Assembly (NCBI GenBank): GCA_028534125.1
Contig: CM052817.1
Location: 71,612,001-71,676,000, forward strand
DNA length: 64,000 nucleotides
Source: Lama glama
Taxonomy: Eukaryota
Direction: 5' to 3'
The position numbers and the translations under genes are program-made. Numbering within the stretch: the stretch's first letter is position 1; the number at the start of each line of letters is the position of its first letter. Below are positions 22,468 through 34,100 of the stretch, one piece after another. The notes under the pieces were generated by a model. That model worked only from the letters and a program-made list of their open reading frames with translations, did no database searches and was not told where the DNA came from.

Positions 22468-24895
22468 GTCTCTCAGTAAGAAGGAGGGTCATTGTGTTGT
22501 TCTCAAGTCATAACTGGATTTATTAATGGCTAAATTTGGTCATATCAGGAAGTGGAGAGAAAGACATTAGTGATTATAATCCAAGGACTACCCTCAACAG
22601 ACAGGTCAAGTGGTGTACTGCGAGCAATACTTAAGTGTCCCCATTTGAGAGTCCCTCCCCAAACTGCTCATCACTAAGCAGTAGTCCACTCCTGACTGGC
22701 TGCTCATTTCTTTCTCAAATTTGTCTTTGGGATTAAATAATAAAGAAATATACATTGTTTCCAGATAGTCCTTGTTAAAACATTACCTGAGAAGTATAAG
22801 ACTTCAGGGGGGGCTTACAAATTAAAACATATTATGGTTTAATTTGGCTCCTTTTGAATTCCTGACACTATGTGAAGTAGTGTCACAGTGCAGGGATAGC
22901 CCAGAGTAATTCTGTCTCAAAGAATAGTGTTGAAACTTGCTTGTTTCCCATCGATGTTATCAGCACTCATTATAAAATATCTTCTATCACCGAGATTAGA
23001 ATCCTCTTTAAAAAACAAAGATGAGTGGCTGCAGGCAGGCACATCAACTTTTAAGTTCAACAGCCAATTCAAAACAGCACCTGGTGCTTTAGAGTGGCTA
23101 CCTCAAAGCGTAATGAATTTTTGTGCCTGGGGGTCCATGAATCATGGACTAGTTTTCTTGGCTACTTTGTGGGATCCAGTTTTTTGCTCATCTCAGATCT
23201 GCTTCTTGAGGGGTAATGGCCCTCATTACTATTAAACACAGCAGATCTCCTGCCAATGGCCACTGAGGGCATGACCTCCAATGTCAACTATTACTTTTAC
23301 TTATGTCTTCCACACTTGATGTCAAGAGCCTTCATGCTGGTGTAAGGGTGCTATCCTTTGAGGCCGACAGCCCTGTCTCTGGCCACTTCTATCTCCAAAT
23401 AAGCAGCTGTGTTGTCACTTCAGATAGTTTGCTCAACAGTTCTAATGTTTTCTTTTTTGTAGCTCCCTCATGCTAAAATTCAGAGAAATCTGTGGGGATT
23501 GGACAGAAGTGCAATTGATTCAGTTATTCAACAAATATTTACTGAGCACCTACAATGTACTCATATTGTTTTAGATTTTAAGGACACATCTGTGAACAAA
23601 ATAGATGAACTTATGTTCTTGTTGACAGTGTGGGAGCAGAAAACAAACATATGACAAATGTGTTCAATTTCAGTTCCTTTCTTTCTTTAGAAACATCCTC
23701 ATTGTTCTTGAAACTTGTGAGCTTTGATGCTTTCTTACCTAAAAAATTAGTTATTTTTCAGGAGGGCTTCAGCTCCTCATATAAATAGACTCATGATGGC
23801 TTACTCCACCTGAAATTTGTCACAGAAGCACAGAATAAGTTAGACTGAGACCCCTGCTACATAACAAAGTGAGAGTTTGAAACAAAAGAAATGTGCTGAG
23901 TATCTCATATTTTATAGAACACATAAACACCATCCAAAATAAACATACCAGGTAAACTGGTCACTTTGGAGGTGAAAGGATTTTAATTTACCAAATCTAA
24001 TGTATAACTTTTAAAGGACATTGCTGGCTATTGGTCTGTCAACCTCAGAACCTCTCTAATCTTAGAGATCTCCTCGGGGACACATTGCAGAATTGCCTTA
24101 TATGTGTAGTTTCAAATGAAACCTTTCAAAGACATTTCCCAGTTGAACACAGTGGATGTTTTTAGAAGCCTTAGTTGATGACGCAGCTTCACTTCATGTT
24201 GCAGACATTTAAGAGAGCATCTTCTAAAATGAAACTTTGTGAAGCAGAGTACACTTGGCAACAGGGTCAGCAGAACTCAGGAAATAGTCTCCCTAAGATG
24301 TCTGCAGGCCAGTTCCGATGTACCAACACTTGTCAACACTTGCTGAGCTACCAAAGCTCTATTTGTAGTTTCAAGGGTTCAGAGTAAGATGTCTACGACA
24401 GAGAGGGGCGTCTTGAAGAAACAGTCCTCATGTTATCCATTATCAAATTCTAGTGAATGCCACTAACTCTCATATCCCTTGGATTAAAGCAATTTTTGTT
24501 ATTTACAAGACTGGGAAGCCTCAGGGTTGTATCAAATTTATAGAGTGCAGGACATGATGCACTTGCCCTGAAGGCTTGCACTCTCAACTGGCTCTGTGCT
24601 TGGTGAAAAATCAGTAAAATATGGCAGTTTCTTGCAAAGCCACTTACTGGTGTTGTTAAGGCCTTCATGCTTTAAGATGAATGAACCATGGTTTGATGTT
24701 GTTGAAAGGTACAAATGTGCACGGCATATTCCCCATAAGCCCAGGCATCCCAAGGTCATGCATTAATTCAATCAACAAATATTTATTGAGTGTCTACTGT
24801 GTGCCAGGCACTGCTTGAGGGGGTGGGGACACAGCAGTGAGCAATACTGACAAACATCTCTGCTCTTAAGGTGTTTACATTCTAGATGGGGAGAC

Positions 24896-25113
24896 CAGGG
24901 CTGACTTTTCCATTAGGAAGAATAAGCACAGTGCCTAGGACCCACACAATTGTTTTAGTTTTAAGTTCTTTAAAATCAGAAGAAAAAAATAATGAATTGA
25001 GCCTGGTTTATATTTCTTTATACCAATAGAGCCAATGTTCGATTTTTCTTGTGCAAGAAGGGGCTCATGAAAGCAAAACATGCCTAGGGTCCATGGAAGT
25101 CATATGCAGCCCA
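24896..25113. mobile_element. hAT MITE (MER91-like, Tip100 group)
   Basis: Termini cagggctg...cagccca and an 8-bp TSD ggggagac at 24888-24895 and 25114-25121, as expected for hAT elements. Confidence 0.75.
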
Positions 25114-25682
25114 GGGGAGACAGACAATAATCAAGATTTAAAAAATAAAGATATATAGTGTATTTGAGAAAAAATAAATCAAGGAATAGGAATTAAAAGT
25201 GATAGGGGAAGGGAAGCTGAAATTTTAGATAGGGTGCCCCAGGAATAAAGTTTCCTGAATAGATGACATTTGAGTAGACCTGAGAGAGGTAAGTGAGAGA
25301 GGGGCTTGAAATATAGACAGAGATTATTCTTGCGAGAAGGAACAGCAAGTGTTCAGGCCCTGAAGCGAGAACATGCCTGATGTTTGGATAACAAGAAGGA
25401 GGCTGGTATGACTAGAGAGTGTAAACAAAGAGAAAAACAAAGGGGAGGCTGGCTCAGGCGGACGTAAGGATATAGTAAGAACTCTGACTTACATTTTGGC
25501 CTGAATTATATTTTAAAGGGATCTCTCTGGGTATTGTGTTGAGAATAGATAGAAGGGGAGCACAAAGAGAAGGTAGAAGACCAGTTAGGAAGCCGTGGTA
25601 ATAGTCCAAGTGAGCAATAATGGCCACACAGGGTATCTGCAAGTGCAGGTGATGAGAGATGGATGGATTCTGTAAGTATTTT

Positions 25683-25977
25683 TTTTAACTGAAGTATAGT
25701 CAGTTTGCAATGTTGTGTCAATTTTGGTGTACAGCATAATAGTTCAGTCATACATACACATAGTATATTCCTTTTCAAATTCTTTTTCATTTTAGGTTAC
25801 TACAAGATATTGTGCTATACAGAAGAAATTTGTTGTACATTTTATATATAGAAGTATCTGCAAATCTCAAACTCCCAGTTCCTCCCTTCCCGCTCCCCTG
25901 CCCCCGTGGTAACCGTAAGTTTGTTTTCTTTGTCTGTGAGTCTGTTTCAGTTTTGTAAATAACTTCATTTGTGTCTT
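25683..25977 (-). mobile_element. L1 3' UTR, 5'-truncated insertion
   Basis: ttaactgaagtatagtcagtttgcaatgttgtgtcaattttggtgtacagcat. TSD tggattctgtaagtatttt at 25664-25682 and 25978-25996. Confidence 0.93.
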
Positions 25978-27689
25978 TGGATTCTGTAAGTATTTTGAAT
26001 GTAAGGATGACAGACTCTGTCGATGAACTGGATATGGGTCGTAAGAGAAAAAGGTTAAGGATGACTATCCGTGTTTCGGCCTGAGGAAAAGGATGGATGG
26101 CATTACCACTAAGGTTGAGAAGACTGAGGGAGAAGTAGGTGAGGGGAGAAAAGCCAGTTCTCTACTAAAAATGCAGGTGCGCATGCTGTGAAGGCAACTG
26201 AAAAGATCCCAGGTGGAAATAAACTTTTGAGAGTCATTGATTTATAGATGGTATTCATTGCCTTGTGATTGGAAGAGATCACTGAGGGAGTGAGTACAGA
26301 AAATGACAATGTCTTTTCAATTTTTGTATCTTCAACATCTAACTCAACACTTGGCTTTCAATAAATATTTTTTAATTAAATGAAAATGTTTCTACTTGTC
26401 ACAAAGAACAGCAAAACGCCCCCCTAGGGAAGAACCATGAACCACATTTTCCAAACTAGTCTCTTAGCAAGTGTTAAGCTCCCTTGTTCTTCACTCATAA
26501 TTTCCTGAAATTTTTTGAACATGTATTTCTGTTTGCAATTCTGTTTATTTGGATCATTATTTGAGGCCTAGCTCTTCTTCTAACCCATGTGAGGATAGAG
26601 GCCATGTCTATTCTAGTCTTCTTTCCCCCAGCATCCAGAATGGTGTCCAGAATATAACAGTTACTCTATACGTAGAACAAAAATGGAAAAAACAAAGTTT
26701 GGAGGTCATTTTTTTGATTTACCTATTGAATAAACTCCCTTAGACTCTAAAATCTACTTTTTATCTAATGAGGAAAAACATGAAGACTCAACCTAAATCT
26801 GCGATATGAACTTGTAGCATTAAGCAGATAATCCTTCCTTCTTTGCCCATCTGCTCATTGCAATCATCGAGAGTCCACCTGGGCACTCTTCTCACTGGTC
26901 TGTATGCAGCCTCCTGTAACTATCCCCCTACACTGCCCCAGGGGTCCACTAGCACACGATCTGACTGACATTCACAATAAAACCCATCTGCTCTCCATAT
27001 AAATTAAACCAACTTTTCCCCAAGGTGGGCTAAATCCACAGAATAATATGACATTTTGGGGTACTACATCTGCAAAGTCAACATAACTAACTAGCATCCA
27101 TCTCTAGCATTCATGGTCCACCACCTCTGTGTTGTGGCTGAAAGAAAGGTCTTTGCTATCATTGGGCCAGCCTCACTTAGCAATTGCTGGTCTATGATGC
27201 TACTGTAGCAGGTGCTTCTACCACCCTGCCACCACCCTGCAAGTAAAACCCACTACTTGGGGAAGGGTTCTTCTGTGTCCAGCTTTACAGTTTAGAATGT
27301 CTGTCGAGTCCTGAAGTGTTACCAAATTTCATAAAAACTCTGCTTTTCACGATGTCTGTGCGTTCCCTAATATCATGATTTCATATGTGTTAGTTTGAGG
27401 GAGTTTTTGGCCCAATGTAGTAAGAGTAGAATACAGATCCACTGCAACTCCCAAATTACAGAACCCTCTAGCCTCCTCTCATTCCCAACAGTTCTAACCC
27501 TGAGAAAGCAAGAAACAGGACTAGAATTTGAGTGAGAGAATTTAAGTGATCTGAAGTGCAAGCTCAGAGAGGCTGGGGGAATCTGATTTAAAAGGCATGT
27601 CTGGGTGAAGGATGCTAGTGACACTTTGGGAACTTGGTCATACAAAAGATGACATGAGGCACCAAGTCCTGGATGAAAGTTTTGTTGTT

Positions 27690-27900
27690 GTTATGGCTAC
27701 TTTGGCTACTACTGATTGTGCATTTTCTTTGTGCTTAATAATTGTATATATTTTATTATTCAATCCCCTTACCAATCCTACAATACAGATATTATTATTT
27801 CCCCCCACTTTACAGAAGAGGAAATTGGATGCTGAGAAATTTTATAACTCATATTGGAAGCCAGATCTCAGAATTTGTGCTTTAACTGTTTACCTAGGGC
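27690..27900 (-). mobile_element. MIR SINE
   Basis: ttattcaatccccttaccaatccta...attattatttccccccactttacagaagaggaaattg. Confidence 0.75.
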
Positions 27901-29029
27901 CTTGCTACTGATGCCACACCCTATAGTACAAGGATGGGGAAGACTAGAAAGACACAAAAATTTTACTTCCCTATTTTTGCCTGAAGCTGGTTCCTACATG
28001 CTTCCCCAAATAAAAATGGGGAGAAACCCAACTTTCTTGATTACTGCTATTTCTAACACCTAGAGAGTACCTGACAAAAAGTGCTAATTGGTGGAATTTT
28101 TTTCCACAAAAATTTTTATGGAGATATTTGTGGAAGAGATAAATGACTTAGAGTCTGATACTCAAAGTCCTCATCACATAGTATTTATTTCTAGCACAAA
28201 TCTTTCCATAAGATTTTAAATGAAGACTTTGATGAGGTTGTTTGAAAAAGAAAACAAGGCATTTGATGGCTAACTCTGGTTCTCTAGGTCACACTGCTCA
28301 GGGTGGGTCCTGTGCAGAGCCCACTGTCTGAGAGCCCCCGGTTATCAGCTTCCTGAGTGATCTCTGTGCTCTTCATGGGAAGCATTGCTCTTTGCTCTCT
28401 ATTCTAAATCCCAGCATAACACACTGATGATGTTGAAACAGCTGCTAGTTTCTACCCTAGAGGAATCTACATTTCAATGATGAGCAGGAGAATTCCTATA
28501 AGTCTGAGGCAATGTCCTTTTGGAGTAAGGTGAGAGGCTCTCAGCTCATCCTTACATTATGCTGTATATCAGGTGAAACATAGGGCCATCCTGGAACTCT
28601 GCTCACCAGAACTCCTAAGAGTTGAGAAATGTCCTCCGTACTATTAGAAGTCCTATCTGTATCTATTTCCTGGTTTTGGCTCAGGTGCACCAAACTACCA
28701 AAATTTCTAGTTATGAGCGTAGACTATCTTCTAACGTTTCAGGTAACTTTGCTTTTAGCTGATAATTAAATGAGCCTCCTATAAAAGGGTCATTTTGCTA
28801 TCTTATCTAAGATGAATTATCTCTTAAGCTCTATGCTGAACTGAACATGCATCTAGTTCGTCCCTAGTATTAGCTTACTACTGAGTAAACATCAGCTTAA
28901 ATGAAAACCAGTGCTATACTGTACTATTGAAAAATTTACTTGTAGCTAATTCCACATCTCTGACATTGCCCTGTCCTTGATGGAATCATTTCCTATCTTC
29001 CCTTTTGTCCCAAGAAAAGTCCCCTAGAA

Positions 29030-29235
29030 CAGTGGTTCTCAACTGGGGGCGATTATTCCCTGAGGAGACATTTGGTAGTATCTTGAACACTTTCAGTCAT
29101 TATAACTGGGGGATGCTACTGGAATCTACTTTATAGAGACAAGGGATGCTGCTAAACATCCTGTAACGCACGGGACAGCCCCACTGAAAAAGATCCCTCC
29201 AAAAATGTCACCAGTACTACTGTTGAGAAATCGTG
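29030..29235. mobile_element. MER20 hAT-Charlie DNA transposon
   Basis: cagtggttctcaactgggggcgatt...gggatgctgctaaacatcctgtaacgcacgggacagcccc...gttgagaaatcgtg. Confidence 0.9.
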
Positions 29236-29379
29236 CTCTTGAGGATATTAATATCCTGGTGACCACCATAGAGATACTCCTTATTCATATTTATCGAATT
29301 TAGTTATATTGACATTAAAATAACAAATCTGTTATTTGTAAACAGGAGAGGAAAACATGAGCACTTAACAGAAATTAAA

Positions 29380-29590
29380 AAGACTGATTGTTAAGTGCCT
29401 ACATTGTGCTGGGCATTCTGCTCATACAACTCAGTGAAAACAGTGTTGCTCTTTCCCCCATTTTACAGGATGGAAATGAAGTTAAGAGAGAGGTTAATAA
29501 ACATGCTTAAGGTCACATAGATAGAAGAGAGCAGAGCCAGGATTTGAATCCTGGCGTGACTCCAAAGTCCATGTTCTTTCCACTACAACT
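29380..29590 (-). mobile_element. MIR SINE
   Basis: ccccattttacagga...aggttaataaacatgcttaaggtcacatag...agagccaggatttgaatcctgg. Confidence 0.85.
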
Positions 29591-29807
29591 TGAGAATGAT
29601 CTCTTCCCATTGGGAAGGGAAGCACATAAATAAAGTTCTCAAAATTTTCAAACTTGTCCTCAAATGACTCCTCATTTTCTGCAGTTCCTATTCCACAGCC
29701 TGTCAGGCAGCTGACTACATCCCTGACCTGCTATTTCCCACGTACCTCCCAAGTACCACCCTCTTGCACATGGGGAAACTGGTGTAAAGAGGACTCCCAC
29801 ATTGGGA

Positions 29808-29969
29808 GTAGCATTTTGAAATCTTCAAATTCTCAATCTGCCTCTTTATGTAGCATTTTGAAAATCTTTATGTAGCATTTTGAAATCTTCAAATTCTCAA
29901 TCTGCCTCTCAGGCTCCTTTATGTAGCATTTTGAAATCTTCAAATTCTCAATCTGCCTCTCAGGCTCCT
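29808..29969. repeat. Complex tandem duplication, four copies of unequal length
   Basis: Copies start gtagcattttgaaa at 29808, 29850, 29872 and 29923 (38, 18, 47 and 47 bp), each joined to the next by ttat. Confidence 0.95.
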
Positions 29970-30349
29970 CCCACTAGCCAAGGAGACATTTCTGAAAATA
30001 TGCTGTGGATGTGAATACTTTTTGCAAGTTCCTGCAGCTGATCTGAGGCTACCAGCTCCGTTTGCATGCCCAGCATTGCTTCTCTTAGGTGCTCTTCCCT
30101 TCTTTCTACTAGAATTCCAGCTCTTTCTATCTTACCTTTATTCCCAAGCTCCGCTAGGGCTGCCTCAAGCTGTTTTAAACTCCATAGCTTTAGTTAACTC
30201 TGCTAAGGACTCCCCCATTATCCCTCTTGATAATTAAGTATTCTCCACCAACTGCTGAGGCCAATATAATACTGTCATGGAGAAGTGGTCTGATGTGAAG
30301 GGAAGGGGAAGTGGCTAGGAGAGAGGAGGGGAAAGAGAAGGAGAATTGA

Positions 30350-30570
30350 CATTAATTAAGAACAGATTCTGGGCCAGGAACCATGCTAAGGTGTTTTACA
30401 TGTCATCTCTTTAGTCCTCACAAACTTTGAGAATGGATTATTGCTACCTCATTTTACTGATAGGAAAGTGAAAGATCAGAGATGTTAAATTACTTGACCC
30501 TAATCATTCAACAGGAAGGACTGAAATTTAGCTATGCATGAATCTAAAGCCTGTCTTATATTTACTATGT
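30350..30570 (-). mobile_element. MIR SINE
   Basis: gccaggaaccatgctaaggtgttttacatg...cattttactgataggaaagtgaaagatcagagatgttaaattacttg. Confidence 0.8.
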
Positions 30571-30879
30571 GAAGAATCTTTATTTCCATTAAGCAGGATC
30601 ACATATTCCTGCAATGGAAGTCTAAAATCCCAGTATATGCTTTTGTTTTGTTTGTTTCACTTTAATTTATTTTTTGTAAACATACTGCATTATCAAACTG
30701 TTTGGATTATGTGATGTTACTAAAATACATTTTTACTTGAAAGGGATCAAGTGAAATATCTGAGAATATCTCTACTTGGTGCATTTGGATTTTACATTTA
30801 TCTACATGACAAACATTTTATTACTTTATGCCATTATAATTTCTTGTATTTTGGGGGGGAATTTTTTTTTCTTAAAAAA

Positions 30880-31177
30880 TTCTGAAAGTTTTGAAAAGGT
30901 AATACAATTTGATAGGTGAAAATGGTATTTTATTACAGTTTTATTTGTACTGGCTCTAATTATGAATGAGATTATACATTTTTGAATATTTAAAAGCCAT
31001 TTGTAACTTGTGAACTGTCTACCCAAGTTTTGTCTGTGTTTCTAGTGGATCACTGGTCTCAGTGATTCACAGAAATTCTTCATATATTAAGGAAATTAGC
31101 CCTCGTGATACATGTTGCAGATATTTCCCTGTTTACTGTATTTTGACCTATCTTTATGTTTTTTATGACACACAGAA
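30880..31177 (-). mobile_element. Ancient L1 (L1ME-type) ORF2 fragment, resumes at about 36575-36735
   Basis: caatttgataggtgaaaatggtatttt...gttgcagatatttccc. Continues after the nested L1. Confidence 0.65.
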
Positions 31178-31191
31178 AACTTTCTATTTTT

Positions 31192-34100
31192 TTTTTAGTT
31201 GAAGTTACGTTGGCTTGCAACATTCTATGAGTTTCACATGTACAACACTGTATTTTAACTTCTGTGTACATTACAGTGTGCTCGCCACCAAAAGTTTAGT
31301 TTCAATCTTTCACCTTAACAGTTGACCCTTTAACTCATTTTATGCTACCCTCCGCTTTCCCCTCTAGTAACCACAGATTTGTTCTCTGTATCTATGGGCT
31401 TGTTTTTGTTCTGCTTGAATGTCTGTTTATTTAAAATATTCCACATATGAGTGCAGTCATGTGGTACTTGTCTTTCTCCATCTGATTCGCTTCACTTAGC
31501 ATAATACCCTCAAGGTCCATCCATGTTCATGTTGTTGCAAATGGCAAGATTTCACCTTTTTTGGGGGGTAAAATTAGTATTTTGTTATATATGTATATAC
31601 CACATGGTCTTCATCCATTCATCTGTCTATAGGCACTTGATTGCTTCTGTATCCTGGCTGTTGTAAATAATGCTGCAGTGAACATAGGGGTGCATATGTC
31701 TTTTTAATTAGTGGTTTCATGTTTTCATTCTCCAAATACCCAGAGTGGAATAGCTGTATCATTTGGTAGTTTTATTCTTAATTTTTTGAGGAATTTCCAT
31801 ACTGTTCTTCATTGGGGCTGCACCAATTTACATTCCCACCAACAGTGCATGAGGGTTCCCTTTTCTCTACATCCTTGCCAAAATTTGTTATTTCTTGCCT
31901 TTTTAATGATAGCCATAAGATGGCATAGGTATGAGATGTTATCTCTCTGTGGTTTTGATTTGCATTTCCCTAGTAATTAGTTCAACAGCTTTTCATGTGT
32001 CTGTTGGCCAACTATATGTCTTCTTTGGAAAAATGTCTATTAAAATTCTCTGCTTATTTTTTAAACAGGTTGTTTGGTCTTTTGTTGTTGAATTGCGTGA
32101 GTTCTTCATATATTTTGAGTATTAACCCCTTGCTGGATAAATGGTTTACAAATATCTTCTCTCATTCAGCAGGTTGTTTTCTTTTCTAGTTGATGATTTT
32201 CTTTGCTGTGCAGAAGCTTTTTAGTTTGATGTAATCCCATTTGTTTATTTTTGCTTTTGTTTTCTTGCCTGAGGAGACAGATATAGAAAGATATTGCTAA
32301 GACTGATGCCACAAAGTGTACTGCCTATGTTTTCTTCTAGGAGTCTCACGGTTTCAGGTCCACATTCAAGTCTCTAACCCATTTAGAGTTAATTTTTCTG
32401 TGTAGTGTAAGACAGTAATCTTGAATCTTCCTTTTGCATGTCGCTGTCAGTTTTTTCAACACTATTTATTGAAGAGACTATTCTTTCTCCATTGTATATT
32501 CTTTTGCTCCTTGGTTGTAAATTAATTGACCATATATGCATGGGTTTATTTTTAGACTTTCAATTCTGTTCCATTGATCCGTGTGTCTGTTTTTCTGCCA
32601 AAAGTATGCTGTTTTGATTACTATAGGTTTTTAGTATACATTGAAGTCAGGGAGTTATAATATCTCCAGCTTTGTTCTTTTTTCCCAGGATGGCTTTGGC
32701 TATTTGGAGTCTTTTGTGTGTGGTTCTATACAAATGTTAGAATTTTTGGTTCAAGTTTTGTGAAATATGTCATTGGAGTTTTGATGGGGATTGCTCTGAA
32801 TGTATAGATTGCTTTAGGTAGTATGGACATTTTAACAATATGGATTCTTCCAATTCATGAGTACAAGATACCTTTCCATTTATTTGTGTCTTCCTCAGTT
32901 TCTTTCAACACTGTCTAAAAGTTTTCAGTGTACAGGTATTTCACCTCTTTGGCAAAATTTTATTCTGTTTGTTGTGATTGTAAGTGGGATTGCTTTCGTA
33001 ATGTATCTTTCTGCTAATCTGGCCCTATAGATTTTGTTTTTGGGCAGATTTTTGATTACTGTTTCAATCTCCTTACTAGTCATCAGTTTATTGAGATTTT
33101 CTATTTTTTCAGGAATCAGTATTGAAAGGTCATATGATTCTAAGAATTTATTCATTTCTTCTAAGTTGCCCAATTTGTCCAATATTCATGGCATTCTCTT
33201 ATAATCCTTTGTATTTCTATGGTATCTGTTGTAATTTCTTCTTTTTAATTTCTTCTTTTAATTGAACCTTCTCTCTTTTTTTCCTTGTGAGTCCAGCTAG
33301 AGGTTTGTCAGTTTTGATTATCTTTCCAATGAACCAGCTCTTAGTTTCATTGATATTTTCATTGTCATTTTAGTCTCCATTTATTTCTGCTCTAATCTTT
33401 ATCTTCTTTCCACTGACATTAGTGTTTATTTTTCTTCTCTAGTTCCTTTAGGTGTAAGGTTACATTGTTTATTTGAAATTTTTCTTGTGTGGTTTTTTTT
33501 TTTTTGAGGTAGGTCTGTATTGCTGTATATAAACATCCCTCTTAGGACTGCTTTTGCTGCATCCTATAGATTTTGGTATGTCATATTTTCATTTTCATTT
33601 GTTTTCAAGTTTTTGAAAATTTCTCCTTTGATTTTTTACTGAGCCATTAGTTGTTCAGCAGCATGCTGTTTAGTCTCATATAGTTGTGATTTTTCTCCAG
33701 CTTTCTTCTTGTAATTGATTTCTATTTTCATACCATTTCTATTTTCATACCGTTGTGGTTGGAAGAGATGCACGATATAATTGTAATTTTCTTAAATTTA
33801 TTGAAACTTGTTTTGTGTCCTAACATAAGGGCTATTGTTGGGAATATTCCATGTACAGTTGAGAAGAATGTGTTTTCTGCAGCATTTGAATAAAATGTTC
33901 TGTATAAATTTATTAAATCCATCTAGTCTAATGTTTCATTTAAGGTTGTTGTTTCCTTGATGAATTTGTTTGGATAATCTATCCATTGATTTAATGGTGT
34001 GTTGAAGTCCCCTATTAATATCATGTTACTGTCAATTTCTCTCTTTAGGTCTGTTAATATTTGCTTTATATATTTTGATGCTCCTATGTTAGGTGCACAT

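Larger units (their letters stand above)
24760..26310 (-). mobile_element. L2 (L2a-like) 3' portion interrupted by two younger insertions
   Basis: ttcaatcaacaaatatttattgagtgtctactgtgtgccaggcac at the start. L2 similarity resumes after 25121 and after 25996. Confidence 0.85.

Noticed and set aside
29808..29969. CRISPR-like array
   Set aside because: Eukaryotic DNA, no unique spacers and no cas genes. It is a local tandem duplication.
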